This document shows positions 1-10,119 of a stretch of 64,000 bases of DNA, one piece after another. Where the stretch lies: assembly GCA_905233695.1 (NCBI GenBank), contig CAJODN010000010.1, positions 20,623-84,622 of the forward strand, written 5' to 3'. Under the pieces are notes generated by a model. The model did no database searches. It was given only the letters and a program-made list of their open reading frames with translations, and was not told where the DNA came from. How positions within the stretch are numbered: the stretch's first letter is position 1; each line of letters opens with the position of its first letter. The stretch comes from an uncultured Lachnospiraceae bacterium. GTDB lineage: Bacteria; Bacillota; Clostridia; Lachnospirales; Lachnospiraceae. A program made the position numbers and the translations under genes.

Positions 1-29
1 ACGAATGGAAGATACGAAGGTGATGTAAT

Positions 30-515
30 ATGGATAAGAATTATGAAGAAATTTATTCAAAAATGCTTGAATTCGAGGCACATCAGCATGCTAAGAATTA
101 TCGCAAAATACAGATCGGAATAAAGGTTAACATCTTCCTTCCGCTTGTGTTCTTGCTACTCAGTTTTGCATTTCCGGACAGTGGATTCTTCTTCCTTATG
201 CTCTGGATAATATCGCTGTTCGGAATCGCATTTTACCTGATATACGTGGAGTACAGAGACTATAAGACGAGAGAGAAGCTCCTGGAATTCGGGCTGCTTG
301 ACGAAGTATCCTCATTTCATCTTATGGGTAATTCCGTAGAGCAGATGGAGCAGGCTGTGGATGATAAGCTTGACGAAATCGAGCAGAAATTACAGGAAGA
401 GAAGAAGAGTCACGATGAGAAAGTATATAGACTTAAAAAAGAAAGAGAAGCAGTGAGAAGTGAACGTATAGAAAAAATCAAGAGTATCGGTGATAAGAAT
501 AGGGGGGATAATTAA
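30..515 (+). CDS. hypothetical small membrane protein with K/E-rich C-terminal tail
   Basis: 161-aa ORF with two hydrophobic helices (IFLPLVFLLLSFAF, FFFLMLWIISLFGIAFYLIYV) followed by a charged tail. Its stop overlaps the next start (TAATG at 513-517), suggesting translational coupling with the YhgE/Pip gene. Confidence 0.55.
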   Translation: MDKNYEEIYSKMLEFEAHQHAKNYRKIQIGIKVNIFLPLVFLLLSFAFPDSGFFFLMLWIISLFGIAFYLIYVEYRDYKTREKLLEFGLLDEVSSFHLMGNSVEQMEQAVDDKLDEIEQKLQEEKKSHDEKVYRLKKEREAVRSERIEKIKSIGDKNRGDN

Positions 516-2653
516 TGCGAAATATCCTGAAAATCTTCATGACCGATGCAAGGCGTCTCTCCACTAACGTAGTGGCTGTTGTAATAATAATGGGATTATC
601 TGTTATCCCCTGTCTCTACGCTTGGTTCAACACCTTGTCTAACTGGGATCCTTATTCGGAAAGCGCCACTAAGAACATTAAGGTTGCAGTGGCATCCGAC
701 GACATGGGAATACAGATTGATGACGCGGCTCTTAATATCGGGGATAAGATAATAGCCAATCTGAAAGAGAATAAATCAATAAATTGGGTATTTACCGATA
801 CCTCGGAAGAAGCGGTTAACGGTGTATACTCAGGCGAGTATTATGCCGCGCTTGTTGTTAACGAACGTTTCTCGGAGGACATGATAAGCTTCCTCGGCGG
901 TGACATAACGCACCCGAAGATAACTTATTATGAAAACGAGAAGAAGAATGCCATAGCCCCCAAGATCACCGGCAAGGTCAAGACAACGGTGCAGGGTGAG
1001 GTAGATAAAGCATTTGTCTCAACCTTAGCGAAGGTAATATTAGAAGTCAGCGAATATATGATATCGGATCAGAAGGGTTCGTCCCTTACCGACACGGCGC
1101 TATCTAAGCTAAGGGATATGGATTCCGACCTTACCACGGTTATTACCATTATAGATTCATACGTAAGCCTCATCGATTCGGCAAATGCCGTTATGGATGC
1201 GGCTAAGGAGATAACAACGGAACTTGATTCCCTTAAGGGCTCGGGAAAAGCCATGACGGAGGCCGCGGAAGCTACGACCAACGCGGCGGAATCAACAATC
1301 GATACCACATCTGATGTGGCAAGCGCAACTATCAACCAGACTAAGGGAAAGCTTACCGTATTAGGTGATATGATTAACGAGCTTATTAACTCGACATCAC
1401 TTGATACAGCCGTTGTTGATGCGGAAGTAGATTCGCTTATTAACACGAATGAAGCCCTTAAGGAAGCTTATGATGTGGGAATAAAAAGGGTAAGAGATCT
1501 TAATCCCGTAGTAAGCGGAGACGCTGCCAGAGTCGACAGTGACTTCGACAAAATGACGGCAGACCTTCAGTCAATTAAGAGCGGAACAGCTAAGACGAAG
1601 TATGATGTTGAAGTAATAAAGGTTGCATTGCAAAATGATATCAATGCATGTAAGAATAACTTAGACAGCTTGTCACGAAACTATTCTTACAGCGTTAAGC
1701 CGCAGCTTAAGAGCACAATTAATTCCGTACAGGATTCGCTACTTGAAGTGCAGAATTTGCTTAACTATTCATCTAACTCAATTAATAATCTGGCTAACAT
1801 ACTACATAGTTATCCGGATATGATGGGTCAGGGTAAAGGTAATCTCCTCTCAACAAGAGCGGAAGTCGTTAAGATGCAGACAGGTCTTCGAGATCTTATT
1901 AAAGATATGGAGGACTTAGAGTCTAACGAACAGTATCAGCTTCTTGTTAAGCTTATTGAGACAGATCCCGGGATAATAGCCGACTTTATAGTAGAGCCGG
2001 TAGCGCTTGATAAGCAGGCAATCTTCGAGATGAAGACTAACGGTGATGCCACGGCGGCATTCTATATAGTGCTTTCAATATGGTTCGGAAGTCTCATTCT
2101 GGTAGCCATTATGAAGACCAAGGTACAGCCTATAGTCGGAATTATGCATGTAAGAAAGTATCAGGAGTTCTTCGGAAGATATATCGTATTCTTCTTAATA
2201 GGACAGCTTCAGACGATTATAACGGTGCTTGGATCACTGTTCTATGTTAAGATACAATGTCACCATCCGATACTTTTATGGGTTGCGTGCTCGATTACAA
2301 GTTTTTCGTTTACATTCTTACTTTATTCGCTTGTATATGCGTTTGGTTCGGTTGGAGAGGCGGTATGCGTTATACTAATGGTTATACAGGTTGCGGGCTC
2401 CGGCGGTACCTTTCCTGTGGAGGTATGCCCGAAGATCTTCCAGATACTGTATAAATATATGCCCTTCGCATACGGTCTTACCTCGATACGAGAATGTATA
2501 GGAGGAATGTATAAGCATGATTACCTATGGGCAATCCTGGGACTTCTTGTCTACGTCGTAGTCGGCTTCCTAATCGGCCTAATCGGAATGAAAGGTAAGA
2601 GGTTCGAGGAATTCATAGAACGTAAGATTGAAGAGCAGGATGTTATAGGGTAG
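515..2653 (+). CDS. YhgE/Pip domain-containing membrane protein
   Basis: 712 aa. An N-terminal TM segment with the LYAWFN..SNWDPY block is followed by a long Ser/Thr/Asp-rich helical ectodomain and a C-terminal polytopic ABC-2-like membrane domain. The architecture matches the phage-infection-protein (Pip/YhgE) family from memory. Confidence 0.75.
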   Translation: MRNILKIFMTDARRLSTNVVAVVIIMGLSVIPCLYAWFNTLSNWDPYSESATKNIKVAVASDDMGIQIDDAALNIGDKIIANLKENKSINWVFTDTSEEAVNGVYSGEYYAALVVNERFSEDMISFLGGDITHPKITYYENEKKNAIAPKITGKVKTTVQGEVDKAFVSTLAKVILEVSEYMISDQKGSSLTDTALSKLRDMDSDLTTVITIIDSYVSLIDSANAVMDAAKEITTELDSLKGSGKAMTEAAEATTNAAESTIDTTSDVASATINQTKGKLTVLGDMINELINSTSLDTAVVDAEVDSLINTNEALKEAYDVGIKRVRDLNPVVSGDAARVDSDFDKMTADLQSIKSGTAKTKYDVEVIKVALQNDINACKNNLDSLSRNYSYSVKPQLKSTINSVQDSLLEVQNLLNYSSNSINNLANILHSYPDMMGQGKGNLLSTRAEVVKMQTGLRDLIKDMEDLESNEQYQLLVKLIETDPGIIADFIVEPVALDKQAIFEMKTNGDATAAFYIVLSIWFGSLILVAIMKTKVQPIVGIMHVRKYQEFFGRYIVFFLIGQLQTIITVLGSLFYVKIQCHHPILLWVACSITSFSFTFLLYSLVYAFGSVGEAVCVILMVIQVAGSGGTFPVEVCPKIFQILYKYMPFAYGLTSIRECIGGMYKHDYLWAILGLLVYVVVGFLIGLIGMKGKRFEEFIERKIEEQDVIG

Positions 2654-2674
2654 GAAAATGCAAAAGCCCCTTGA

Positions 2675-4090
2675 TTACTCCACAACCTCCAACCTAATAG
2701 TATTGGTACTTCCACCGTTCTTTCCAATCTCGCCGCCGGTGAGGATTACCTTATCATCCTTCTTCAGATTGAGAATATCCTTTACAACTTTCGATGCGTG
2801 CTTCATCATCTTATCAACCGAGTCGAATTCTTCACACTGTACAGGAATAACACCCCAGTTGAGGCTTAACTTCCTGTAAGCCTTCTCATCAACCGTAAGA
2901 CCTACAATAGGTATCGGACATCTGAACCTGCTCACAAAACGTATAGTCTTACCCGTAATAGAGCTTATTACAATTCCCTTAGAACTTGTGTCCATCGCCA
3001 GGGTACACGTTTCGCGAGACAAGGCATCTACACTGTTCTTTATTACATAATGCGCATCTATGAAATCCTTCTTGTAATTGATATTATCTTCCGTATACTC
3101 GGCAATGTCAGACATGGTTTCTACCGCATGGACAGGGTACTTACCCGCTGCCGTCTCGCCTGAAAGCATAATGGCTGTGGAACCGTCATAGACTGCATTC
3201 GACACATCAGATATCTCTGCTCTCGTGGGACGGGGATTATTAATCATCGACTCAAGCATTTCCGTTGCGGTTATAACCGTCTTCCCTATCATACGGCATT
3301 TATGGATTAACTGTTTCTGCACAACAGTGAGCTCTTTATACGGTATTTCCACGCCGAGATCACCTCTCGCAACCATTATGCCGTCAGCAACCTCACAGAT
3401 ACCGTCGATATTATCGACACCCGACTGATTCTCAATCTTGGCGATAATATCAATATCTTCGCCTCCATTCTTATCTAAGAAGTCTCGAAGTGACTGTACG
3501 TCATCCTTTGTTGATACGAAGGATGCAGCAACGAGATCCACATCATTCTCTATACCGAAGAGAAGGTCGCTTTTATCGTTTTCACTCAAGTAATCGCCTT
3601 GCAATACGTGCTCCGGGAAATTCATGCTTTTCCTGTCGGACAGAACACCGCCGGTTACGGTGTCACAGATTATCTCGGTGTCCGTAATCTTCTTTACCTT
3701 GAATATGAGAAGTCCGTCGTTAACAAGGATTTGATCTCCTACTTTTACTTCATTCGGAAGGTTCTTGTAGCTAACGGATACGCGATGTTCATCTCCGGTT
3801 ATGTCTTCCGTGGTAAATGTGAATTCGGCGCCGTCCGGAATTAGAGCCTTCTTGTTCTCGAATACGCCTACTCTGTATTCAGGTCCCTTCGTATCAAGCA
3901 TTATAGCAAGAGGATAGTCCAGTTCTTTTCTAACCTTCTTAATCCTGTCAATCTTAACCTTATGCTCCTCGTGTGTTCCGTGGGAGAAATTAAGTCTTGC
4001 GACGTTCATTCCAGCGTTACATAGCTTAGTAATCATTTCTTCCGATTCGCTGGAAGGTCCCAATGTACATATAATTTTAGTTCTTCTCAT
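2675..4090 (-). CDS. pyk: pyruvate kinase
   Basis: 471 aa. N-terminus MRRTKIICTLGPSS, plus NVARLNFSHG, MVARGDLGVE and the C-terminal allosteric domain. Confidence 0.95.
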   Translation of the reverse strand: MRRTKIICTLGPSSESEEMITKLCNAGMNVARLNFSHGTHEEHKVKIDRIKKVRKELDYPLAIMLDTKGPEYRVGVFENKKALIPDGAEFTFTTEDITGDEHRVSVSYKNLPNEVKVGDQILVNDGLLIFKVKKITDTEIICDTVTGGVLSDRKSMNFPEHVLQGDYLSENDKSDLLFGIENDVDLVAASFVSTKDDVQSLRDFLDKNGGEDIDIIAKIENQSGVDNIDGICEVADGIMVARGDLGVEIPYKELTVVQKQLIHKCRMIGKTVITATEMLESMINNPRPTRAEISDVSNAVYDGSTAIMLSGETAAGKYPVHAVETMSDIAEYTEDNINYKKDFIDAHYVIKNSVDALSRETCTLAMDTSSKGIVISSITGKTIRFVSRFRCPIPIVGLTVDEKAYRKLSLNWGVIPVQCEEFDSVDKMMKHASKVVKDILNLKKDDKVILTGGEIGKNGGSTNTIRLEVVE

Positions 4091-4125
4091 ATCTAACCTC
4101 TTTTCAATAATCCCTGTTTATAAAG

Positions 4126-4151
4126 AAAACGCCGACACATGCCGACGTTTT
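4126..4151 (-). terminator. candidate intrinsic terminator after rubrerythrin
   Basis: On the - strand: AAAACGUCGGC-AUGU-GUCGGCGUUUU. The stem includes G-U pairs and is followed by a U-run. It lies just downstream of the rbr stop. Confidence 0.45.
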
Positions 4152-4171
4152 CCCAATAAATCACACATTTC

Positions 4172-4717
4172 CTATCCGAAATATCTATCCAGTAAGCCCT
4201 TAAATGCCTTACCGTGTCTAGCTTCGTCTCTCGCCATCTCATGAACAGTGTCATGAATTGCATCGAGATTAGCAGCTTTAGCACGCTTAGCAAGGTCTGT
4301 CTTACCTGCTGTTGCGCCGTTCTCTGCGGCAACACGAAGCTCAAGATTCTTCTTGGTAGAATCCGTAACAACCTCACCCAGTAACTCTGCGAACTTAGCC
4401 GCATGCTCAGCTTCTTCAAAAGCAGCCTTCTCATAATAGAGTCCTACTTCAGGATAGCCTTCTCTGTGAGCAACCCTTGCCATTGCAAGATACATACCAA
4501 CTTCTGAGCACTCGCCTTCGAAATTAGAACGAAGATCTGCGATAATGTCATCGCTTACACCTTTGGCAACACCAACAACATGCTCTGCAGCCCAAGTCAT
4601 CTCATCATCTTCCTGCTTTTTGAATTTTTCCGGTCCAACGTGACATGTGGGGCACTCTGCAGGTGGCTCATCGCCTTCATGTACATATCCGCATACCGAA
4701 CAAACCCATTTTGCCAT
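4172..4717 (-). CDS. rbr: rubrerythrin, reverse domain order (N-terminal rubredoxin-like CxxC..CxxC, C-terminal ferritin-like di-iron domain)
   Basis: 181 aa. N-terminus [22 protein letters not shown]. The ferritin-like part carries EGE..E..H and E..H motifs ([24 protein letters not shown]). Confidence 0.9.
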   Translation of the reverse strand: MAKWVCSVCGYVHEGDEPPAECPTCHVGPEKFKKQEDDEMTWAAEHVVGVAKGVSDDIIADLRSNFEGECSEVGMYLAMARVAHREGYPEVGLYYEKAAFEEAEHAAKFAELLGEVVTDSTKKNLELRVAAENGATAGKTDLAKRAKAANLDAIHDTVHEMARDEARHGKAFKGLLDRYFG

Positions 4718-4822
4718 AATAAATACCTCCCATATATTATATTGTTTATAGTCTACATAACCCCATTATATACAAACCTGTGTAAAAATAAAAGCCTTAA
4801 AATATAATTTTCCGCCTTCGAA

Positions 4823-4899
4823 CCAAGACCTGCACGCTCATGACGAAATGTCGTATGCGCACCCCGAAAGGGGTGTGCCGGTAACTTAGCAGGTCTTGG
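4823..4899. repeat. 77-nt structured repeat, copy A (three-stem fold); reverse complement recurs at 39986-40061
   Basis: An 11-bp closing stem CCAAGACCTGC/GCAGGTCTTGG encloses two internal hairpins, one of them GCGCACCCC-GAAA-GGGGTGTGC. About 73 of 78 hand-aligned columns are identical to the reverse complement of copy B. No track ORF covers it. Confidence 0.8.
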
Positions 4900-4952
4900 C
4901 TCCTCAGGCGTTCGCTATAATCTAATGTGTCAAAAGAAACGTCCCAATGTCC

Positions 4953-4981
4953 GTGACACACTTGGGTTTTTATAGTATAAT
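4953..4981 (+). promoter_or_regulatory. candidate sigma-A promoter of pfp
   Basis: GTGACA (4953-4958), 17-nt spacer, TATAAT (4976-4981), about 60 nt upstream of the pfp start. Confidence 0.55.
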
Positions 4982-5043
4982 AGGTGCTAAGTGTGTCGGA
5001 TAGGCGGCACCCAATGACAATTTTTATAAAAAGGAGATAGATT

Positions 5044-6702
5044 ATGCAAGTATCATCACTTCAAGAAGCCAGATATGAGTATCAGCCGAAGCTTCCGGGT
5101 ATGCTTAAGAACGGCGTAGGCGAAATATGTGTTAAGGAAGGAAAAGAGACTGCAAGTGTCGCAGATCAGGACAAGATTAAAGAGCTTTTCCCCAATACAT
5201 ATGGAAAGAAAGAAATCACATTTGAGAAGGGAAAGAATACTGCCGAGAACAAAAAGCAGGTAGTTGGCGTTATTCTGTCAGGTGGTCAGGCACCCGGCGG
5301 TCATAATGTAATATGCGGACTATATGATGCCCTTAAGGCAACTAACCCTGAAAATGTGCTTCTCGGCTTCAAGGGTGGTCCAAGCGGTCTTATTGATAAC
5401 GACTATGTGGAATTTACAGACGAAATCATCGATGCGTACCGTAACACAGGCGGATTCGACATCATCGGTTCCGGCCGTACCAAGCTTGAGACTGTACAGC
5501 AGTTCGAAATAGTTGAGAAGGTTGCCGCAAAGCACGGTCTTAATGCTATCGTAATCATCGGCGGTGACGATTCCAATACAAATGCAGCAGTTCTCGCTGA
5601 ATATATGGCAGCTCATAAGACAGGCGTTCAGGTTATCGGTTGTCCCAAGACTATCGACGGTGACCTTAAGAACGAAGACATCGAGGCTTCATTCGGATTC
5701 GATACGGCAACCAAGACATTCTCAGAAGTGATCGGTAATATTGAGAGAGATGCCAATTCCGCTAAGAAATATTGGCATTTTATCAAGGTTATGGGACGTT
5801 CTGCTTCACATGTAGCGCTTGAATGTGCGCTTGAGACACAGCCTAACATTTGCCTTATCGGTGAAGAGGTGGCAGCTAAGAAAATGTCGCTTTCCGATAT
5901 CGCAGACTATGTTGCTGATTCCGTAACCAAGAGAGCTGCAAGAGGCGACAACTTCGGTGTTGTACTTGTTCCCGAAGGAATCGTTGAATTTGTTCCTGAA
6001 TTCTCGGCACTTATTGCAGAGATTAACGAACTTCTCGCCGGTGAAAATGCCGATGAATTCAATAAACTTGTTGACTGGGCTTCAAAAGAGCACTTCATAG
6101 AAGATGGTCTTAGCCAGAATTCAATGAAGGTATTCGCGCTTCTTCCGGAACCGTTACAGAAGCAGTTATTCCTTGAGCGTGATCCTCATGGAAATGTTCA
6201 AGTGTCACTTATTGAGTCGGAGAAGCTTATCTCTACACTTGTATACGACAACTTAAGAAGAAGAAAGAAGCACGGAACTTACACCGGTAAGTTCTCACCT
6301 CTTCATCATTTCTTCGGATATGAAGGAAGATGTGCATTCCCTTCTAACTTCGATGCGGATTACTGTTACTCGCTGGGTTATAACGCATGTATGCTTATCC
6401 AGTACGGTTACACAGGATATCTCTCTAAGGTATCTAACCTCGCAGCCCCCGCAGAAGAGTGGGTTGCAGGAGGTATGCCGATTACCAAGATGATGAATAT
6501 TGAGAGACGTAACGGTGAAGATAAGCCCGTTATTAGAAAGGCTCTTGTAGAGCTTGATGGTAAGCCATTCAAGTACTTCGAAGAGAACAGAGAGAAATGG
6601 GCAGTTGAGACATGCTATACATACCCCGGAGCAATCCAGTACTATGGACCTTCGTCTGTGTGTGATATCACAACGAAGACATTAGCGTTGGAACAGGGAT
6701 AA
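5044..6702 (+). CDS. pfp: diphosphate--fructose-6-phosphate 1-phosphotransferase (PPi-dependent PFK, long form)
   Basis: 552 aa. It has GGDDS (Asp rather than Gly) and PKTIDGD (Lys rather than Gly), the signatures that separate PPi- from ATP-dependent PFKs. Confidence 0.9.
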   Translation: MQVSSLQEARYEYQPKLPGMLKNGVGEICVKEGKETASVADQDKIKELFPNTYGKKEITFEKGKNTAENKKQVVGVILSGGQAPGGHNVICGLYDALKATNPENVLLGFKGGPSGLIDNDYVEFTDEIIDAYRNTGGFDIIGSGRTKLETVQQFEIVEKVAAKHGLNAIVIIGGDDSNTNAAVLAEYMAAHKTGVQVIGCPKTIDGDLKNEDIEASFGFDTATKTFSEVIGNIERDANSAKKYWHFIKVMGRSASHVALECALETQPNICLIGEEVAAKKMSLSDIADYVADSVTKRAARGDNFGVVLVPEGIVEFVPEFSALIAEINELLAGENADEFNKLVDWASKEHFIEDGLSQNSMKVFALLPEPLQKQLFLERDPHGNVQVSLIESEKLISTLVYDNLRRRKKHGTYTGKFSPLHHFFGYEGRCAFPSNFDADYCYSLGYNACMLIQYGYTGYLSKVSNLAAPAEEWVAGGMPITKMMNIERRNGEDKPVIRKALVELDGKPFKYFEENREKWAVETCYTYPGAIQYYGPSSVCDITTKTLALEQG

Positions 6703-6720
6703 GATAGGAAATATATAGTA

Positions 6721-6746
6721 AAGAGCCGGCGATTGCCGGCTCTTTT
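6721..6746. terminator. intrinsic terminator between convergent pfp and GNAT genes
   Basis: AGAGCCGGC-GATT-GCCGGCTCT followed by TTTT. Confidence 0.7.
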
Positions 6747-6749
6747 GCG

Positions 6750-7313
6750 TTACCCTTTATATTCCCCCTTCAGCAGTCCATACAGGTAGTGGTCGCGCCA
6801 CTTGCCTTGTATCATTAGCTTATCCCGGAGGACGCCCTCTCTCTTGAAGCCTAAGCCTTCTAAGATGGCTATAGAGGGGATGTTGTCCGGGAGAACCATA
6901 GCTTCTATACGGTGAAGCTCAAGGTCGTGGAACATGATGTTGATGCCTGCTCTGAGGGCTTCCGTGCAGTAGCCGAAGCCCGTGTAGGCTTTATCCATCT
7001 TGTAGCCCACCTGGCAGGAAGAATAGATTGGTTTTGCGATATTTCTAAAGGATATTGTGCCGATAATGGTATTGGGATCGTCCTTTAAGAAAAGCCAGAA
7101 ACGTACAACCGAGAGCTGAAGCATCTTCTTATACTCGTAATTTAGGATATTACGGTGGTGCTCGATGGTATAGAAGTTATCTACGTCGATAGGCTCTACC
7201 GCCTCGAATTCCTTGGCATTATGAAGGTCGAAGATAAGCGTATCTTCGGCTATTTCTTCTCCGCATATTCTAAGTATCAGACGTTCTGTCTCATATACAA
7301 ACTTCATTCCCAA
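6750..7313 (-). CDS. GNAT family N-acetyltransferase (RimJ/RimL-like)
   Basis: 187 aa. TERLILR N-terminus, and GYCTEA...HRIEA.V...N..S......LGF..EG typical of Acetyltransf_3/RimL-type GNATs. Confidence 0.8.
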   Translation of the reverse strand: MGMKFVYETERLILRICGEEIAEDTLIFDLHNAKEFEAVEPIDVDNFYTIEHHRNILNYEYKKMLQLSVVRFWLFLKDDPNTIIGTISFRNIAKPIYSSCQVGYKMDKAYTGFGYCTEALRAGINIMFHDLELHRIEAMVLPDNIPSIAILEGLGFKREGVLRDKLMIQGKWRDHYLYGLLKGEYKG

Positions 7314-7322
7314 ATGTTCCTC

Positions 7323-8063
7323 TTAGTCAAGTGCCCTAACCTCAACTCTACCGATATCGAAGGAGTTAAGGATAGACAGGATTCTATCGAATTCTTCTGC
7401 CGTATAAGTGCTGTATCCCTTTTTGATAACCTGCTCAGATTCCTTATATGGCTGTAAAAAGTACGCTTTAGCACCGTTTATCCAATTACCAATTTCTTCA
7501 AAATCATCTATCTTATGAATCTCCTTAGCGACGGTTGTCCTGAATTCATAGTCGATACTTCCGTCCATAAGAAGCTTAACCGACGTTTCTATAGGCTCGA
7601 TGTCGAAATCCTTCATACAAGCCACATCATTATAAGAAGATTTCTTATGCTTTATATCCATGGCCACATAATCAACCAAGTGCTCATCTATCAATTGACC
7701 AAGCATATCGGGGTTCGTGCCGTTAGTATCAAGCTTAACGGAAAGCCCGAGGTGCTTTATATCCTTAATAAATTCCGGAAGATCCGCCTGTAATGTGGGT
7801 TCGCCGCCTGTTATACATACGCCGCCCAGGGTTTTTTTGCGCTTGTTAAGGTGGTTAAATATTTCCTCAAGAGTGTACTCTTCCATAGTCGTATGGTGAA
7901 GAACCAGATCGCCGTTATGGCAATAGGGACAGCGGAAATTACAGCCCCCCGTAAATATTGTGCTGGCAACCCTGCCCGGATAATCTAAAAGTGTTGTCTT
8001 CATCAGCCCGACTATTCTCATAATGTCTTCTTCTTTCTTGATATTTTCGTTAAAATGTGCCAT
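7323..8063 (-). CDS. radical SAM activating enzyme (anaerobic ribonucleotide reductase activase-like, NrdG family)
   Basis: CNFRCPYCHN (CX3CX2C) near the N-terminus, GGVCITGGEPT, about 230-246 aa. An alternative start at 8021 (MRIVGLMKTT) is plausible. No glycyl-radical partner gene is in the window. Confidence 0.8.
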   Translation of the reverse strand: MAHFNENIKKEEDIMRIVGLMKTTLLDYPGRVASTIFTGGCNFRCPYCHNGDLVLHHTTMEEYTLEEIFNHLNKRKKTLGGVCITGGEPTLQADLPEFIKDIKHLGLSVKLDTNGTNPDMLGQLIDEHLVDYVAMDIKHKKSSYNDVACMKDFDIEPIETSVKLLMDGSIDYEFRTTVAKEIHKIDDFEEIGNWINGAKAYFLQPYKESEQVIKKGYSTYTAEEFDRILSILNSFDIGRVEVRALD

Positions 8064-8140
8064 CCTATTATACGTCGGGCAAATCCCAAAGCACCGACAT
8101 AAACAACTGATATTATATCACTTTACAAGGGGGAAATCCA

Positions 8141-8671
8141 ATGGCGTTATTTGACGGACTTAAGGAAAATCACGAGGATTACACGTCCTATCTCGACTGG
8201 ACGGAGGAAGATAAGCTAAAATATATGGAGATGGCCTATAAAGAGGCGGAGAGAGCCTTTGAAGAAGGTGACGTTCCAATTGGCTGTGTTATAGTGGACT
8301 TCGACGGAAAGGTCATAAGTAAAGCGTATAACAGGCGAAATCGGGACGGTAACACCACAAGTCATGCCGAAATTATCGCGATTCAGCAGGCATGTAAGAA
8401 AATGGGTGACTGGAGGCTTGAAGATTGCGTGATGTTCGTTACATTAGAGCCCTGCCCCATGTGTGCCGGAGCAATCCTTCAGGCCCGTATGAAGAAGGTC
8501 TTTATCGGGGCGATGAATTCCAAGGCGGGCTGTGCCGGCTCTGTTATCAATCTCCTTCAAACAGCAGGCTTTAACCATGCTGTTGAGATTGAAAAGGGAC
8601 TTATGCAGGAGAAATGCTCAACAATTCTAAGCGACTTTTTCGAGGAAGTAAGAAAAGAGAATAACATCTAA
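8141..8671 (+). CDS. tadA: tRNA adenosine(34) deaminase
   Basis: HAEIIAI and PCPMCAGA zinc-binding motifs; 176 aa. Confidence 0.9.
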   Translation: MALFDGLKENHEDYTSYLDWTEEDKLKYMEMAYKEAERAFEEGDVPIGCVIVDFDGKVISKAYNRRNRDGNTTSHAEIIAIQQACKKMGDWRLEDCVMFVTLEPCPMCAGAILQARMKKVFIGAMNSKAGCAGSVINLLQTAGFNHAVEIEKGLMQEKCSTILSDFFEEVRKENNI

Positions 8672-8680
8672 GGTGGAAAA

Positions 8681-9940
8681 ATGGCTGATTTATATAAGAG
8701 AGAGAAATATTTAGAGAAAATTCGTCCTTACTACGACGACATGAATATAGTTAAGATATTTACCGGGGTAAGAGGATGCGGTAAGTCGACACTTCTCGAA
8801 CTTATTATGGATGAACTAAAGGAAAGGTCGATTAAGGACGAGAAAATCATTAAGATTAACCTTGAGAAGCGTCCTTACAAGGGTGTCAGAAGCGCTAAGA
8901 AGCTGATAGAAACAGTTACTGAGAAGTCTGAAGGGGTAATCGGCGTAAAATATCTCTTCATTGACGAGATTCATAACGTGGAGGACTACGAGAATGCCCT
9001 TAACCATATATGTGAAATGTCCGATTTCTCCATATTTGTTACGTCAAGTAACGGTTATATCCTAAAACAGAAGCATCTCGGGAAGCTTACCATGTTCTAC
9101 ATAAATTACGAGATATTTACCCTTACATTCGAGGAATATCTCGATATGAGGGAGTATTACGGCTACGCAGTGTCGCCCAATACGGAAGAGGAATTCACGA
9201 AATACATGATAGAAGGCGGCTTCCCGTACACCGTAAGTAACGATATACACGACGCCAAGCAGCAGTACGCCAAGGATATTCTGTCGGAAATAATCGAAAA
9301 TGATATAAGACATCATAAAAGAATAAAGAATCCGGCTATGTTCGACTGCATTAAGAGCTATATTATCAACAATTTCGGTAAGAAAATCGTCGCAAAAGAC
9401 CTTATAGAGTACATATCCGAGACGTTAAATACCAATGTCAGGAAGGAAACCTTGTATAATTACCTGGGAATTCTGGAGGATTCCAGGATTGTATATAAGT
9501 GTGCAAGGTTCGATATGGATTCGAAGCAGGTACTTCACGGCAAGGAGAAGTATTACCTTCCGGATCTAAGCTTTTACTATGCGGAAGATTTATACAATAC
9601 CCTTAACTATGAGCCTTCTCTTGAAAATGTGATACATAATTACGCAAGAAGCCTGGATTACGCCACGGCGCTCTGCAGATCAGGGCACCAGAACATAGAC
9701 TTTGTCTTGGAAGACGAGGATATGGATTATATCTACGTTCAGGTTACGGATTATATAGATAACGGCGAATTCGACGAGAACGGAAGGACAAAGGAAGAAG
9801 AGAGAGAATACATCCCTCTTGAGAAGATTCGCGACTTTTATCCCAGATATGTAATGACACTTGATAAAATCCTTCGTAAGAGAAATGGCATAAAACAAAG
9901 GAATATCATTGATTTCATAAAAAACGGTAGAAAGTTCTAA
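8681..9940 (+). CDS. AAA-family ATPase with C-terminal DUF4143/PD-(D/E)xK-like region (COG1373-type), nuclease-like motif degenerate
   Basis: Walker A GVRGCGKST and Walker B LFIDEIH. The C-terminal block NIDFVLEDEDMDYIYVQVTD aligns with the paralog's EVEFVLEKEDDTFPIEVKTG but has QVT in place of EVK. Confidence 0.75.
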   Translation: MADLYKREKYLEKIRPYYDDMNIVKIFTGVRGCGKSTLLELIMDELKERSIKDEKIIKINLEKRPYKGVRSAKKLIETVTEKSEGVIGVKYLFIDEIHNVEDYENALNHICEMSDFSIFVTSSNGYILKQKHLGKLTMFYINYEIFTLTFEEYLDMREYYGYAVSPNTEEEFTKYMIEGGFPYTVSNDIHDAKQQYAKDILSEIIENDIRHHKRIKNPAMFDCIKSYIINNFGKKIVAKDLIEYISETLNTNVRKETLYNYLGILEDSRIVYKCARFDMDSKQVLHGKEKYYLPDLSFYYAEDLYNTLNYEPSLENVIHNYARSLDYATALCRSGHQNIDFVLEDEDMDYIYVQVTDYIDNGEFDENGRTKEEEREYIPLEKIRDFYPRYVMTLDKILRKRNGIKQRNIIDFIKNGRKF

Positions 9941-10119
9941 CGTAAAGATATAAAAGAGTGGCAGATATCCACGGAATAATTGTGGATAACTTATAAAATG
10001 TTCGGATAAACTGTCATTATAGAAAAAAGACCTACGATTTTATGTAAAAATTAAAAAATTGCATATACGATTTTATGCAATATTTTCGGTTCCTATCTTC
10101 TGTTTTTATGCAATCGGGA

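Noticed and set aside
1069-1446. 125-aa antisense ORF inside the YhgE/Pip gene
   Set aside because: A shadow ORF opposite a low-complexity Ser/Thr/Asp-rich coding stretch.
4823-4899. Repeat A/B as a tRNA-like gene or a hammerhead ribozyme
   Set aside because: The length is tRNA-like, but there are only three stems, a 4-nt loop where a T-loop would be, and no GTTCGAATC. The hammerhead core CUGAUGA...GAAA is not present inside the junction; a GUGAUGAG lies only in the non-conserved flank of copy B.
4943-4971. Hairpin CCCAA...TTGGG plus T5, considered as a terminator of a small RNA containing repeat copy A
   Set aside because: The stem is interrupted (5+2+2 bp). The segment also coincides with a well-spaced GTGACA-N17-TATAAT promoter for pfp, which explains the sequence better.
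9981-9989. Perfect DnaA-box 9-mer (TGTGGATAA = TTATCCACA on the other strand)
   Set aside because: Single boxes are expected by chance at roughly this frequency in 64 kb. There is no cluster, no AT-rich unwinding element and no dnaA or dnaN nearby. It forms part of a 7-bp hairpin after the first ATPase gene.
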